NCBI GenBank assembly: GCA_024704765.1
Contig: JAKMXF010000321.1
Location: 806,001-870,000 of the forward strand
From: Oopsacas minuta
Lineage: Eukaryota > Animalia > Porifera
DNA: 64,000 nucleotides
Direction: 5' to 3'
The notes below the pieces were generated by a model. That model was not told the origin of the DNA. It saw only the letters and a list, made by a program, of their open reading frames with translations, and did not search any database. The position numbers and the translations under genes were made by a program. Positions 42,793 through 54,300 of the stretch are shown piece by piece. The first letter of the stretch is position 1. Each line of letters opens with the position of its first letter.

Positions 42793-43968
42793 ATGTTACC
42801 TAACAATACAATTGAATACTATGTTGCGGGTTTAATTAACAGAGGGGTTAATGCAGCATGTGGTCCCGTGGTAGTGATAACAACATTTTTTCTTCTCATT
42901 CTATCATTCTGTTGGTCCTTATACTTCCTAACTGGCGTAATAAAAGGGTTTAGAAAGAAAGAAGTGTATATTAATCGAGACATGAAAGAAGAAGTGATCA
43001 AAAGTATCCTACAAAACCAAAAAAATAACCAAATTAAGATTTTCATACTATTCGCTATTTGTGCAAGTGAGTGTACTTTCATCGTTTCGTTACTAGTATT
43101 TTCATGTACTCATTATTTAAGAGATAATGAAGTAATAAATCCCAAAAACCTATTCTCTTCTCCATTTCATAAGATATCACTCACGTACTCTGACTCTCTG
43201 TATTCTACATGGAGTCGTTTCCAAAGTACTGTCTGTTTCAATTTCTTCCTCTGCCTTCTATTGTTAATCCGTATACTCACACAGTACATGGCTAATTGTT
43301 ATAGCTTTTTCCACTCAAACTACTCTTTAAAATTCCAATTCATTCAATCTGTTGTCATGCTAATCGCCTTGACCTTAATCGGGACATTTCAAATCACAAT
43401 ATTTCTCTACAGAATACTTTACAATATCTACATTATTTACCAGTTTATATTATTCCTACGGGCCTCTACAAATCTAAGAAAAGTTTTGTATAAAAGATTT
43501 TTCGATGCAAAGGTCCATGAAAACCAGAGTCTACATGTTATAGCATATTATAAGAGAGCACATAAAGAATACAAAATAACTTCAGTTCTGTTAGCTCTTG
43601 CATTATTAGGACATATCACTAGTGTTTGTATTGTCTCACTCAATCAACTAATTGTTGCTCTACTCTATCAGCCTGGAAAATTCGCAGATGTTATTTTCGG
43701 TCATGGTCTTAACATTACATTGAAAAATCTACCTATTTCCCTCAAGGCTTATAACCAATTAATCAGTTCACTGAGCGAAATATCCTTTACACTAGGCATG
43801 TGCATGCTTGTTTCTCCTTACATTTTTGTTACTTTGAACTACATTGTATTCTTTACGAAGAGACGGATTAGATCAACAAAGTATAGATTCACATATTTCT
43901 CTGATCCGGATAAAGTCAAAGCACTTATTTCCAAGCATAACTACACTTATACAATAAATCATTTATAA
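42793..43968 (+). CDS. Orphan 7TM membrane protein, distant subfamily member 7 (391 aa, intronless)
   Basis: NNT sequon and seven TM segments; W..Y in TM1, Glu in TM2 (ASEC), Gln in TM5, KRFFDAKVH (compare SRVIDAYH), EYK before TM6, tail KYRF...ALIS. Lacks the ECL1/ECL3 Cys pair of members 1-6. Confidence 0.78.
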   Translation: MLPNNTIEYYVAGLINRGVNAACGPVVVITTFFLLILSFCWSLYFLTGVIKGFRKKEVYINRDMKEEVIKSILQNQKNNQIKIFILFAICASECTFIVSLLVFSCTHYLRDNEVINPKNLFSSPFHKISLTYSDSLYSTWSRFQSTVCFNFFLCLLLLIRILTQYMANCYSFFHSNYSLKFQFIQSVVMLIALTLIGTFQITIFLYRILYNIYIIYQFILFLRASTNLRKVLYKRFFDAKVHENQSLHVIAYYKRAHKEYKITSVLLALALLGHITSVCIVSLNQLIVALLYQPGKFADVIFGHGLNITLKNLPISLKAYNQLISSLSEISFTLGMCMLVSPYIFVTLNYIVFFTKRRIRSTKYRFTYFSDPDKVKALISKHNYTYTINHL

Positions 43969-44670
43969 TTATATCAATTTTCTGTTAATTCTCTCTACCG
44001 TACAATGAATTATATAATTGAAATCTGAGTGAAATGTTTAATTATTATGTTTGAATAATTTTCTTCATTAATATTCTTGGAAGATACTTAAAAAAGGCAT
44101 TAAATCACTGACATACTTCTGAAGCTGATAAGGAATTGATTCTTGAACCTGTACGAACAAGTAGGATCAGACAAGTTGTAATTACATGAATTTGATACTA
44201 CACACATTCAGCGTTCCTTCTAAGTCTAATGAACCCTGGGGGAGTAGCTATACTACTACTCCCTGAAATTTTCAAAGAAATTTCTAACTTTTACAATTGA
44301 GAGAACATTGCATTACAAGGCCAGTAGTGTAGTGAGTATAATTATGTGACAGTGTATCAAAGGAGGATAGATGGAACTATATATCCTTATACTGAATACA
44401 ATAATTTCCATACGTATCAAAACTGAGGGTGCATGTACTAACAATTGATTTAAGCATCCTTTACGTAAGTAAATCTATCTGACATAGAAATTCAATTGAT
44501 TTATTATACCATACAAACACGGATATATTAATAAATAATCAGAACAATAATTATAATTGTAACAACTATTCTTAGATAAATCTAAAGATGCGAGCCGAAT
44601 ATTCGCACCTAGATCCATCTATTGAATAATTATTCAGAACTAAAGTATATACGTATATGTAATGCGTATA

Positions 44671-44826
44671 CAATTGCACCTGCGATAAACCGACACGTTG
44701 GGACATGAAAAATTTGCCGGTTTAGCAAATTATCGGATTATACAGGTGAATTAGTATTGTTGGAAGCTATTTCTGAGCAGAAACACTGTCGGATTATCCA
44801 TGTGTCGGTTTGTGCAGGTTCCATTG
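44671..44826. mobile_element. pogo/Tigger-like MITE, 156 bp, TA TSD
   Basis: ta|caattgcacctgcgataaaccgacac ... gtgtcggtttgtgcaggttccattg|ta. Confidence 0.7.
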
Positions 44827-45339
44827 TATACCATTAATCTGATAAATTTATTTTCTAGAATAGATACAAGTATCTCCGAAAATACTCGTTTGAATTCTTA
44901 TAGGCACTAGCGGATCCGATCGCTACGCGACAAGCAGCCATATACATTCAACAACTTTTGAGTACTTTTGGTGCCTTATTTTGCTCCTCAGCTCTTCACA
45001 TTCACGAGCTACGTTTGTTTGCATAATTATTTAGGCGTAACAACTAGTATATTAGGATTTTTTGAGTGAAGTTAAGTGAACGATAAATTCAAATGATTGG
45101 TAATACTATGTAGAAATCATTTAATAAAACATCAAAATAATTGTTAATTCATGAATATCAGAAATAGACAAAATATACAGTTCTATGAATTAGAAGTTAG
45201 TCTAGTTATCACACAAAGTAGAAGTAATCATTACAAAAATAAAAAGTTAAAATTCTTCTCTGTGTAGAAGAGTTTGTATTAGAGCATGCTCTCAACGGGT
45301 CCGCCAATGCTTCAGTTAAAGTTACGAGTGTATTGTGTG

Positions 45340-48300
45340 CTAATAAGAAAATTCTTTTGCTTTGTAATGCGAACTTCTGTTCTGTTTGTATACAGAAATA
45401 TAAGGTTGAACGCTTTGAATAGATTCTTTCGAAGTTCGACGTGGTTGATAAGGTGAATTTACAGGTGTAATATACCTAGAGCTCTTTGTTATAGGTGAGT
45501 AAGGCTCATCCCTGAGGGAGTGTAGAGAGGTAGATCGTGTCATGAAAGAGTCCCTTTTAATAAGAGGTTTCTCATCGTCAATAGACTGTACTCGCTTTCT
45601 AATATTGAATCTGTCTGATAGAGTTATGGCTGGGTAATTTATAGTAGTGCTCTGCTCCATGATGTCTTCCATGCTAGAATTGATACTACGAGTACTTAAG
45701 GAAGTACGGCTGTATCTGTTCTCCAAACTATTCATTGGAATATAGCTAGTAGGAATTGAGTATTGGCGATTTACGTAATTTCTGTTTGAGTTATTATTGT
45801 TATTGAATTGGGTGTTCCTTACATCTACCTTGAAGTGCTCATCGTATGCGCGAATGCTAGTTTGCACTTTTTGCAAATCTAATTCGTAGAATCTGAGTCT
45901 GCGGCTTGCAGAAATGAGGTCATGAGCTGCATCAGCTGTAATTTCCATTATCTCCGTATCCTTATAATTCGGATAAGAATCGGTATAAGCAATTGTTTCA
46001 TGAACTGGACTCTCAGAGATAGACTGACATGACGTAGGAGATTGGAACAATTCAGGATTATCGTGTACAGTAGCTCGTTCTTTCTCAGAACTACTACTAC
46101 TGTTCTTCTTCATACGAGGCATTGTCCTCGCGTAGATATTCTCATAACTCTCTTTCCTAGTAGAAGAAGAGATGGAGAGAGGCGAGTAGATGTGATTAGG
46201 AAGTGGACTTGTTGGTCTAGATTTATTTCCTCCACTGTTCTCCTTATCCAGCAGACTCTTGATATTATCAGAACTCTTACTCTCGTTCTTTGCAAGCTCC
46301 ATGTAAGATTGAGTCCGAGATAAGCCGGAACGTCCCGTTGTAGGAGAATTCATATTGGATAGATATCCAGATTCTAGCGAGGCTAAGTGTGCTCCCAGAA
46401 AGGGCTTAATTTCACCGTTAGGTGTGCTAGAGCGACGGCTTAACCTAGGTGAGGGGGATCTGATGGTATCATAATTCTGTAAGGGATCTTGTTTGTGTAG
46501 CATCCTCTCCGAGTAAGAACCGCTGTTGGTATAGCTCTCGTTTAGAGTAAGGGTCTTAGAAGTACGTGGAGAATTAGACTTATAAACAGGGGTAGAAGGT
46601 TCACTTGTAGTTACTCCAGCTGTGTCACTTTCATCTAAACTATTATTACCGTTATTGTATTTGTAATTGAAGTATTTTATTAGGTTCGATGTTCTATAGT
46701 TTTGTTCTGAGTTATTGGTGTGTTTAGTGGATTTTGAAGTTCTTGGAACTTCTAGTTTGTTAGAAGTTGGTGAGCCGGTGGTGTTACGAGAGTATTCAGT
46801 TCGTCTTTTGATTTTTGATTCTTGAGCTAGATTTCTTGTAGTAGAGAGGACATCTTTTTCTGGAGTTTTCTCGGCTTTCGAAGAAGATTCCAAAGAAGTA
46901 GATTCATCTGGTATATGATTTTGTTTATCATACGAGGTATTTTTCTGTTCAACCTCGTGTGTGGGAGATCCTTCTGCTACATAGTCAGATCTTTTGAATG
47001 GTATCCCTGGTACTCCGAAGAAGATATTGGTATCAGAACGCTCAGTTTTTCTTCTCATTCCTTTGGTGTTCCTCCTCTTACCATCAGTGTTATCATTTTG
47101 TTGCCTTTGATCTTTGTCAATTGTTGCTGTATCAGTTTGCTTTTCACTGATATCTCCCTGTGTAGATTTCTCACTAGATTCTACTGGAGACTTCCTGGAG
47201 TAGAGTCTGTGCGTATATCTAGATTCTCTCCGTTCTTCTTTGGGAGATGAAACGTGTGTGAATGAACTTTTCTCTTTTTTGTCTGTCATATCAACAATCT
47301 TATCAATTTTTTGGCTCACAATTGACTCAATCCCTTTGTTCTCAACAAACTCTCGTTTTGTATCATCAATTTTAGTCTCATATTTAGGCTCTGCTTTGTA
47401 GCTGGTATCAACTTGTTTTATGATTTCAGACATCGAGTCGCTCTGAGTCTTAACTAGGTCAGTTATGTCAGGCTCTTTCTCCTCAAGGATATTGTGTTCT
47501 GACGGAAATTCAGGTGTTGCAGGCAATGATCTCATAGGTGGTTTGTAATCTGCTGACATGTTTGAACCGAGGTTGGTTGAGATATCGCTCATATCACTGA
47601 AGCCACTTGAAGTAGAGCTTTGTATTGGACTGTGTGCGCTCTGCCTTTGATCCAATGTGATGTCATTATATGTTTTTAACCATTGATGACGTAAGCACTG
47701 CTCTGCATCTGGACGTCTCCTATAACAGTATAATGACAATTAATGCAATAAATTTTGCTAATTAAGCTGACAATATATGACTAAATAGAGCGAATACTAG
47801 CAACAATTCTGAGAAGGCTTATAGACAGAAAACTTACTTTGGATTCAGCACAAGTAGATTTCTGATAAACTCTTTTGCATTCTGAGAAACGCCTTCGAAG
47901 ACTTCATCATCAAAGTCGTATTTAGCCTGAGATACGTTACTTAGAATATCTGCTTGTTCCACAAGTCTGGAGACTTCTTCATCTGTTGAATCATCATCTT
48001 CGGGGAGGAAAGGAGAATACCCACAAAGTCTGTAGAAAGAAGGAATATTTGAAATGTAGAAACCATAATTAATTAGAAATTTAATATAGTTTCTTCAACG
48101 TCGATTGGATATGTTGGAAATTATTTATTAGCCAATGTGAATATAAATTGTACGTTAACATATTTCAATTGTAATCCCTCATATGTGTAACATTAATTTT
48201 TGGCTTCAACAATTTTAATTAATTTCTGCCCTATTAGCTCCGATATTAATTAGTACCCTGACTGTGTCTTGGAAATATGTATCCACATTCATTGGCTTCC

Positions 48301-51300
48301 AAAGGGAAATTTCAAACAGTTATAAATCAATTAAGAATACTGATTGGTGAAAAGACTCATTTTTGTATTTTTGTGAGAAGCATTTGAATACAAATAATTT
48401 CTTTATGACCTCTTGTTTAGTTAATGGATAGATACTCTTGAAATTTGAATAATTAAGAAGATTTATCAGTAGAAATGATAATAGCGATAAATGCCCGACA
48501 ATCTGATGTAATTACAGAATAACAATGTGTATTGTTCTAACTAAAATAGTGATTTCCATGATACTAATATATAAGAACGCCATCACGAATTATAAACTAA
48601 AGATAAATATTTGAACTACATATAATTCATAAAATTCAAGATGCAGCTAGTAGCATGTTTCATAGAAGTTCAGATAATTAATCAATGCTTACAGAAACGC
48701 CATTATATTTCTCAGGATTATTGATGTAGTTAATCAGCTGATAGGTAGGTATTACACACTATCACATGCTATATAATATGGAGATATCAGCTTTGGATAT
48801 AACCAAAGGATAATTGTATTAGGAATTGTGTAGATATAGAATGTAGTCAGAAGAAGAATATTAGAGTTCATATATGTTGCCTAGTAATTGTTGTTGGCAC
48901 ATAAAGCTAATATTACATTGTAAGATAACTACATTTAACTAAACAGCTGTTTGGATAAATAAGCTGACTAAACCTAAATTATTCAGAATATTTTCACAAA
49001 AGAACGCCTACTAATTAACCTAACAACCACCATGTAAGAATGCCATTTACGTTTTTGCATATATCAAATTCAATTGGAAACAGTATCCACAACTTATGCA
49101 ATGAAGTTCATTGTTTTCATAGGTATATTTAAATCCATACAGATACACGCACCTGTGGAATAAGTGGTTTGAACATACTTTGAATTGGTCGATCAGCCCT
49201 CCCGTTTGCAGTTGCAATAATTATATATTTATTCTAATTTATAAAACTGCTATTGAGTTGGGAAACCACGAAAAATGACCATGGAATGGAATAAAAGTTG
49301 CCACGTTTGTTACTAGAGCATCCATAAGTAATTGTTCAAATAAATATACGTGTTACATGGTACATACGTTACTAGGGTGATTGCAGTTTTCTAATATGGT
49401 TCTATACACCACATAACGGTCAATCAGGTGCAAAGAATTAGATATTAGATATTAACTACGCATCATTTTGTCAAGTATTATAGGAATTAGCATTGTTAGA
49501 TAATATTTTCTGATTTACGATTAGTTTAATAATATCACTTACTGGCATTCAACTACTCACTAGTACATAGATTATGGAACAATTCTTGTACAATCATAAT
49601 ACATATAAGGAGTAGAAGGTCACAATATATGGAATGTTCACATGATACTTTTCACCAACACTGTGTTGAATAAATAGAATGGAGAACAAGTAAATCGTTG
49701 ACTCACTACAGGAGTTTATTTAAAGTAATCATTTAAATAAATTCGAATAAACAAATTTGCCCAACCCCTAGCAATGAGTATACTGACAGTTTGTTATGAA
49801 AGAAATTGAACTTGTTTTGAGATAAAAAGAATTCCTATGAGTGGAAGAACAGAATGTCTTAAATGAATAAATAGTTTGTCCCAATTGAAAAGTACCATTA
49901 CTGTTAAGTCTTTAATTTAATAATACGTTGATAGAGTTCATTTGAAAATACCTCACATTCCAACCAGCTTATTTGAACAAGAAGAGGACAGATCGCCGAT
50001 GTAAACTAATAAGAGCTTAAACAAATAAGTTTTCTGCTTTTCAAGGCAAGCCTGACAAATGTTATATAGTTGACACAATTGTATTAATTTTAATGTCTTC
50101 CATAATATAATGTTAAATGTATAAGTCTTTATGCTACCTAGCTCAATTATATTTGGACATTGAAAGACACATGGTTTATTCAGGCGTATGCTGCCCGCGA
50201 GTAGTGGATTGATGGAGCGTTATAGGGGGGCATTTGCCCAACTCCTGGAGCAAAATTTATCAAAAAATTATCCGGTAATGACTAATGAGGAAATAATAGT
50301 GAATCGAGTAAGTAATGAATTATGTATTTCAAATACTCTATTTCTCTAATTGTACGAACTAGTTACACTTGAATATAAGCATTTCTATAAGGCCAAAATT
50401 TGCGAGTGATCAGGTTAAAATTTGTTGCCCCAGCTTACGAAATCCTAGATCCGCCGCGGGCTTATAGACATAAATTGAGCCGATACATAGCTAGTCCCGA
50501 AAAATTCATACATCCGTCATGTCGTAATCTAAACCCTAGAATATCACGTGGAAATATTCCAGTTCAATAATTCCAAGTAATCTACAGATTAATAGTATTT
50601 ATAGATAATATTATAGCATATATTGATGATTACCATAAGCTTTGATCAGGACATGTATATAATTTGTAGTGATAAGTCATAAAAGGAATATATCATAAAT
50701 ACGTATATATTAAGTGTGGGCGAATTGTAATAGTATCAATTAGGGAAAGATTATTTAGATTTAGCTAATTATGTATTGTCAAGGGTGTAAATAGTTTGAG
50801 TGGTTATATCTACATCTATATCTATATGTTTGGTGTGTAAACGATAACAGACTAATCTCATATTTCTATTGTAATTATCAATTTAATTCGGATAGTAATC
50901 AAACTGGGTGGGATGTCTGAGGATAGCTTCCATTATGTACACTAGGTTATACTTACAGTAGAACTCGGTTAGTAAATACTGAAAATATTAGGAAAAAGGC
51001 TCACTTCGGTTAGTATGTGCTAATTTTTGTTTCCCGACGGGGCACGTTTTAACCGAGTTCTACTGTAAGTATAACCTAGTGTACATGGCTTATCCGAGTT
51101 TTATATAATCGAAGCTATCCTTGGACATCTCACCCGGATAAATAGTAATTCTACAATAGAAATATGAGATTAGTCTGTTATCGTTTGCACAACGACAATC
51201 ACAAATTGGCCCTTCGCCACCGTATTTACAACAGTTCATACAATTCACCTGAAAACTAAAATGATTCATAACACGCAATAACATGAAAACAATGAATCTA

Positions 51301-54300
51301 TTCAATACACATTAAACCGATATGACTTCGGTGATTTTAATTTCTGGATAAGGTAACAATCCTAATGGTATCTGGTGTAGTGTAATAGATGTTAGAGGAG
51401 ACTTCGGAGTCCGAGAGGAAATCTTAGTTATTATGTAATATTACGATGTTACATGCACCAATTTGTTTAAGAGTACTGGTTATTACACTCAGAATTTCTA
51501 GGTCTTCTTTCCCATATAAAATGTGGGGTAATCATTTTGTATTTCACTTGACATAATAATATAAATAATAATAAACTGTGCTAAAACTTACAGTGCATAT
51601 GTAAGAGCTCCCAGACTCCTAAAAGATAGAAAATACACCATCAATATTGAAAATATAATACAGAAGCAAAAATCTATCCAAGATGCTAGACAAACTATTG
51701 TATTTGATGTTGCTTACAATTCTGACGAAATGGAGGGGCAAGCTTTGTATAATTCCATAATTACAGACAATTAAACCAAATTGTTATTCAAAATTAATAA
51801 AATATAAACTATAATTTATTGAGATTTAATCGGGGGGGGTTATTGCGAAAGGTGGTTAAAAGATCTTTTAAAATATTACGCTAGGCGGGAGATTTGAATA
51901 TTAAATAAGTTGATGGAATTTACATGAGGTTATAAATATATGTAAATATATACTTACCACATATCTGAAGAAGTTGAAAGAGGTTCAAAATTGATCACTT
52001 CAGGAGCTAAAAGATAAAGAAAACCAATAATAAACCTCTCACGCATAATTTTAATTTCACATATTAAAAATATTATTTCAAGTCAGCTAACTCCTTGAAA
52101 TGCAAATAGCCATATGTTAACATGTATCTGACATAACATTACTTATATACGTGTATGTTACGCATCCTACTGTGAAGAATAAAGCTGTTTGAACCTCAGC
52201 AAATGGTAGATGGAAATATTTACATAAGACATAGTGCACTAAAATTCCAGGAAGTATGTAAGAGGTAGTACTGATGGTTAGCCATATGCAAGAGTAGTTT
52301 ATTATTGGGAATGCACTGTTATCCTACAACTATGTATCTCATGAGATACTTATCACCGTATAGGGTATATTAATTATTTCTTGATGCATGTTCTACTGTA
52401 GGTATCAAAATATTTTAATACATCTTTAAAGAATCTCACATTATCTCCTTAAAATAATTTCTATTCTAAATTCCTTATACTAGTACTGACACTATCCAAT
52501 TCAATTCATTGTATAATATTGGTGTATTGTATATATTCAATCCGTAATATTACACGTGCAAAGTATTGGGAAAGCAATGTCTATACAATACGAACTCTTG
52601 GTAATGCGTTCTTAATATTGTATTAAATGTGTAGGAATGATATTAAATACAATGAAAATGTGGTTGTGATGAGTCACGATTATCTGCAAAAAATGTACTC
52701 TATGATCATATGCAAAAGCGTATTATGTATATAAATTCAAAATACCTATCTTAAATTCATCAATATTTAGAATAATTAATAGGAAATTGAAGAATCCATA
52801 TTAATCAGGCGGGGATTCTAATTTAGTGCTTGTCATTATGTATAGATGTCTATGAAGATTTACAAATTCCAATGTAATTAAATGATTGAGAGAAAAGCCC
52901 CCGAATAATGCAAATAGACGCTTAACTAACTTGTGATACTATGTATCGTCAATTGAGTAGGAGGGTGGTTTAATGACTTTAGTTTCCTCAAAATATAGTT
53001 TGTTAATTAGTCAATGAACAGATTTTATGCGTGTGTATTAATTATGCTTGTGTCAATTTAATGCAATGAAATCGATACCTCACATGTATAGTAAATTTAT
53101 GGATATTATAAATATGTTGCATGGAAATAAGTAAGGCATATGCTTGTGGCATAAGCTAGACATTGAAGTAAGTCTGTTTACCAGATTTAATATTTCTAGC
53201 AATAGATTAATCTCTAATTGGACTACAGCTGTGACAGACATACTCAACAAGCTTCTACATTCCGCAAATTGTTCATGTTTCCCTATCCATATATACATGT
53301 AATATTCGTGTGAAGTTGACATAAAATGAAGCCTGATTGACATAACATCGAAATGTCACTGAATGTTTTAGTCTCTACCTTAATAGAAAGAAATATACGC
53401 TGGTTTCATTCCATTTATGGGTAGCCTTTTGAGTTCATTGTCTTTAACAACTTTAATTACCTGGCCGTTGTTACATTATTGATACGATAGCATAACATAA
53501 TTAGGGACAATGTTAACGATAGAGTAGTATATTGTAACATATGTGATTAATTGTACAGACATTTGCCCGGGTATTATGTAGTAACTATAGCTTGGGGATG
53601 TAGTACTATTAATAATTGTGTCTAATAATATTCTTGTGTTAGTCTTTAGATGTTTAAAAGTCATCTTAACAAATGTTACCATATTAAACTAGCCGATTTG
53701 TACAATTTAACCATATTTTCAAAACTGATGATCCAGTAATATGGCATGACCTCCTACAAAATAATGCTTTAAAGAAGATAGGTTTATGCTCCTACACTCT
53801 TTATGATTAATCTAGCAATTTAATAGTCATTAGGTGCTTTCAATATAAGATTAATAATACTAACGAGTCAATCGGCAATAGTTAAGATATTTAACTTTTG
53901 TAAGAGGGATGAAAATAATGTTCTTAGCTGACTTTATGCCTCATTAGTACACATTATATTCATAAAATTATAACAATCTCAAGTGAAAAAGCTAAAAATG
54001 TGAAATTCGGTATTTTCACATTCTTAGTTATCCTGTGTTGCCGTTGAAGGGAAATTTCTAAGATATTATTACAATTCACAAATTAGTCTACTTATATTCA
54101 TAAAAACTATAGCTAGAAGTATTGATATGACAGGCTGAAATACGAAATACGTATACGACCTTTTGGAAGTGCAGGATCTGGTTTCTACATAAAATTAAAC
54201 CTCAAATCGGACAAAACAAACCAAACTTTCATACAACAACGCATGCAACAATCGAGATTAAAGAATATATAGAATCAAGACGTGTAACACAACATACCTA

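Noticed and set aside
20737-47739. Ferlin, PHB2, granulin, PTB adaptor and DRAK as a functional wound-repair or trafficking cluster
   Set aside because: Eukaryotic neighbours need not be co-functional; mixed orientations and no shared regulatory motif were seen. Conserved synteny or co-expression would be needed.
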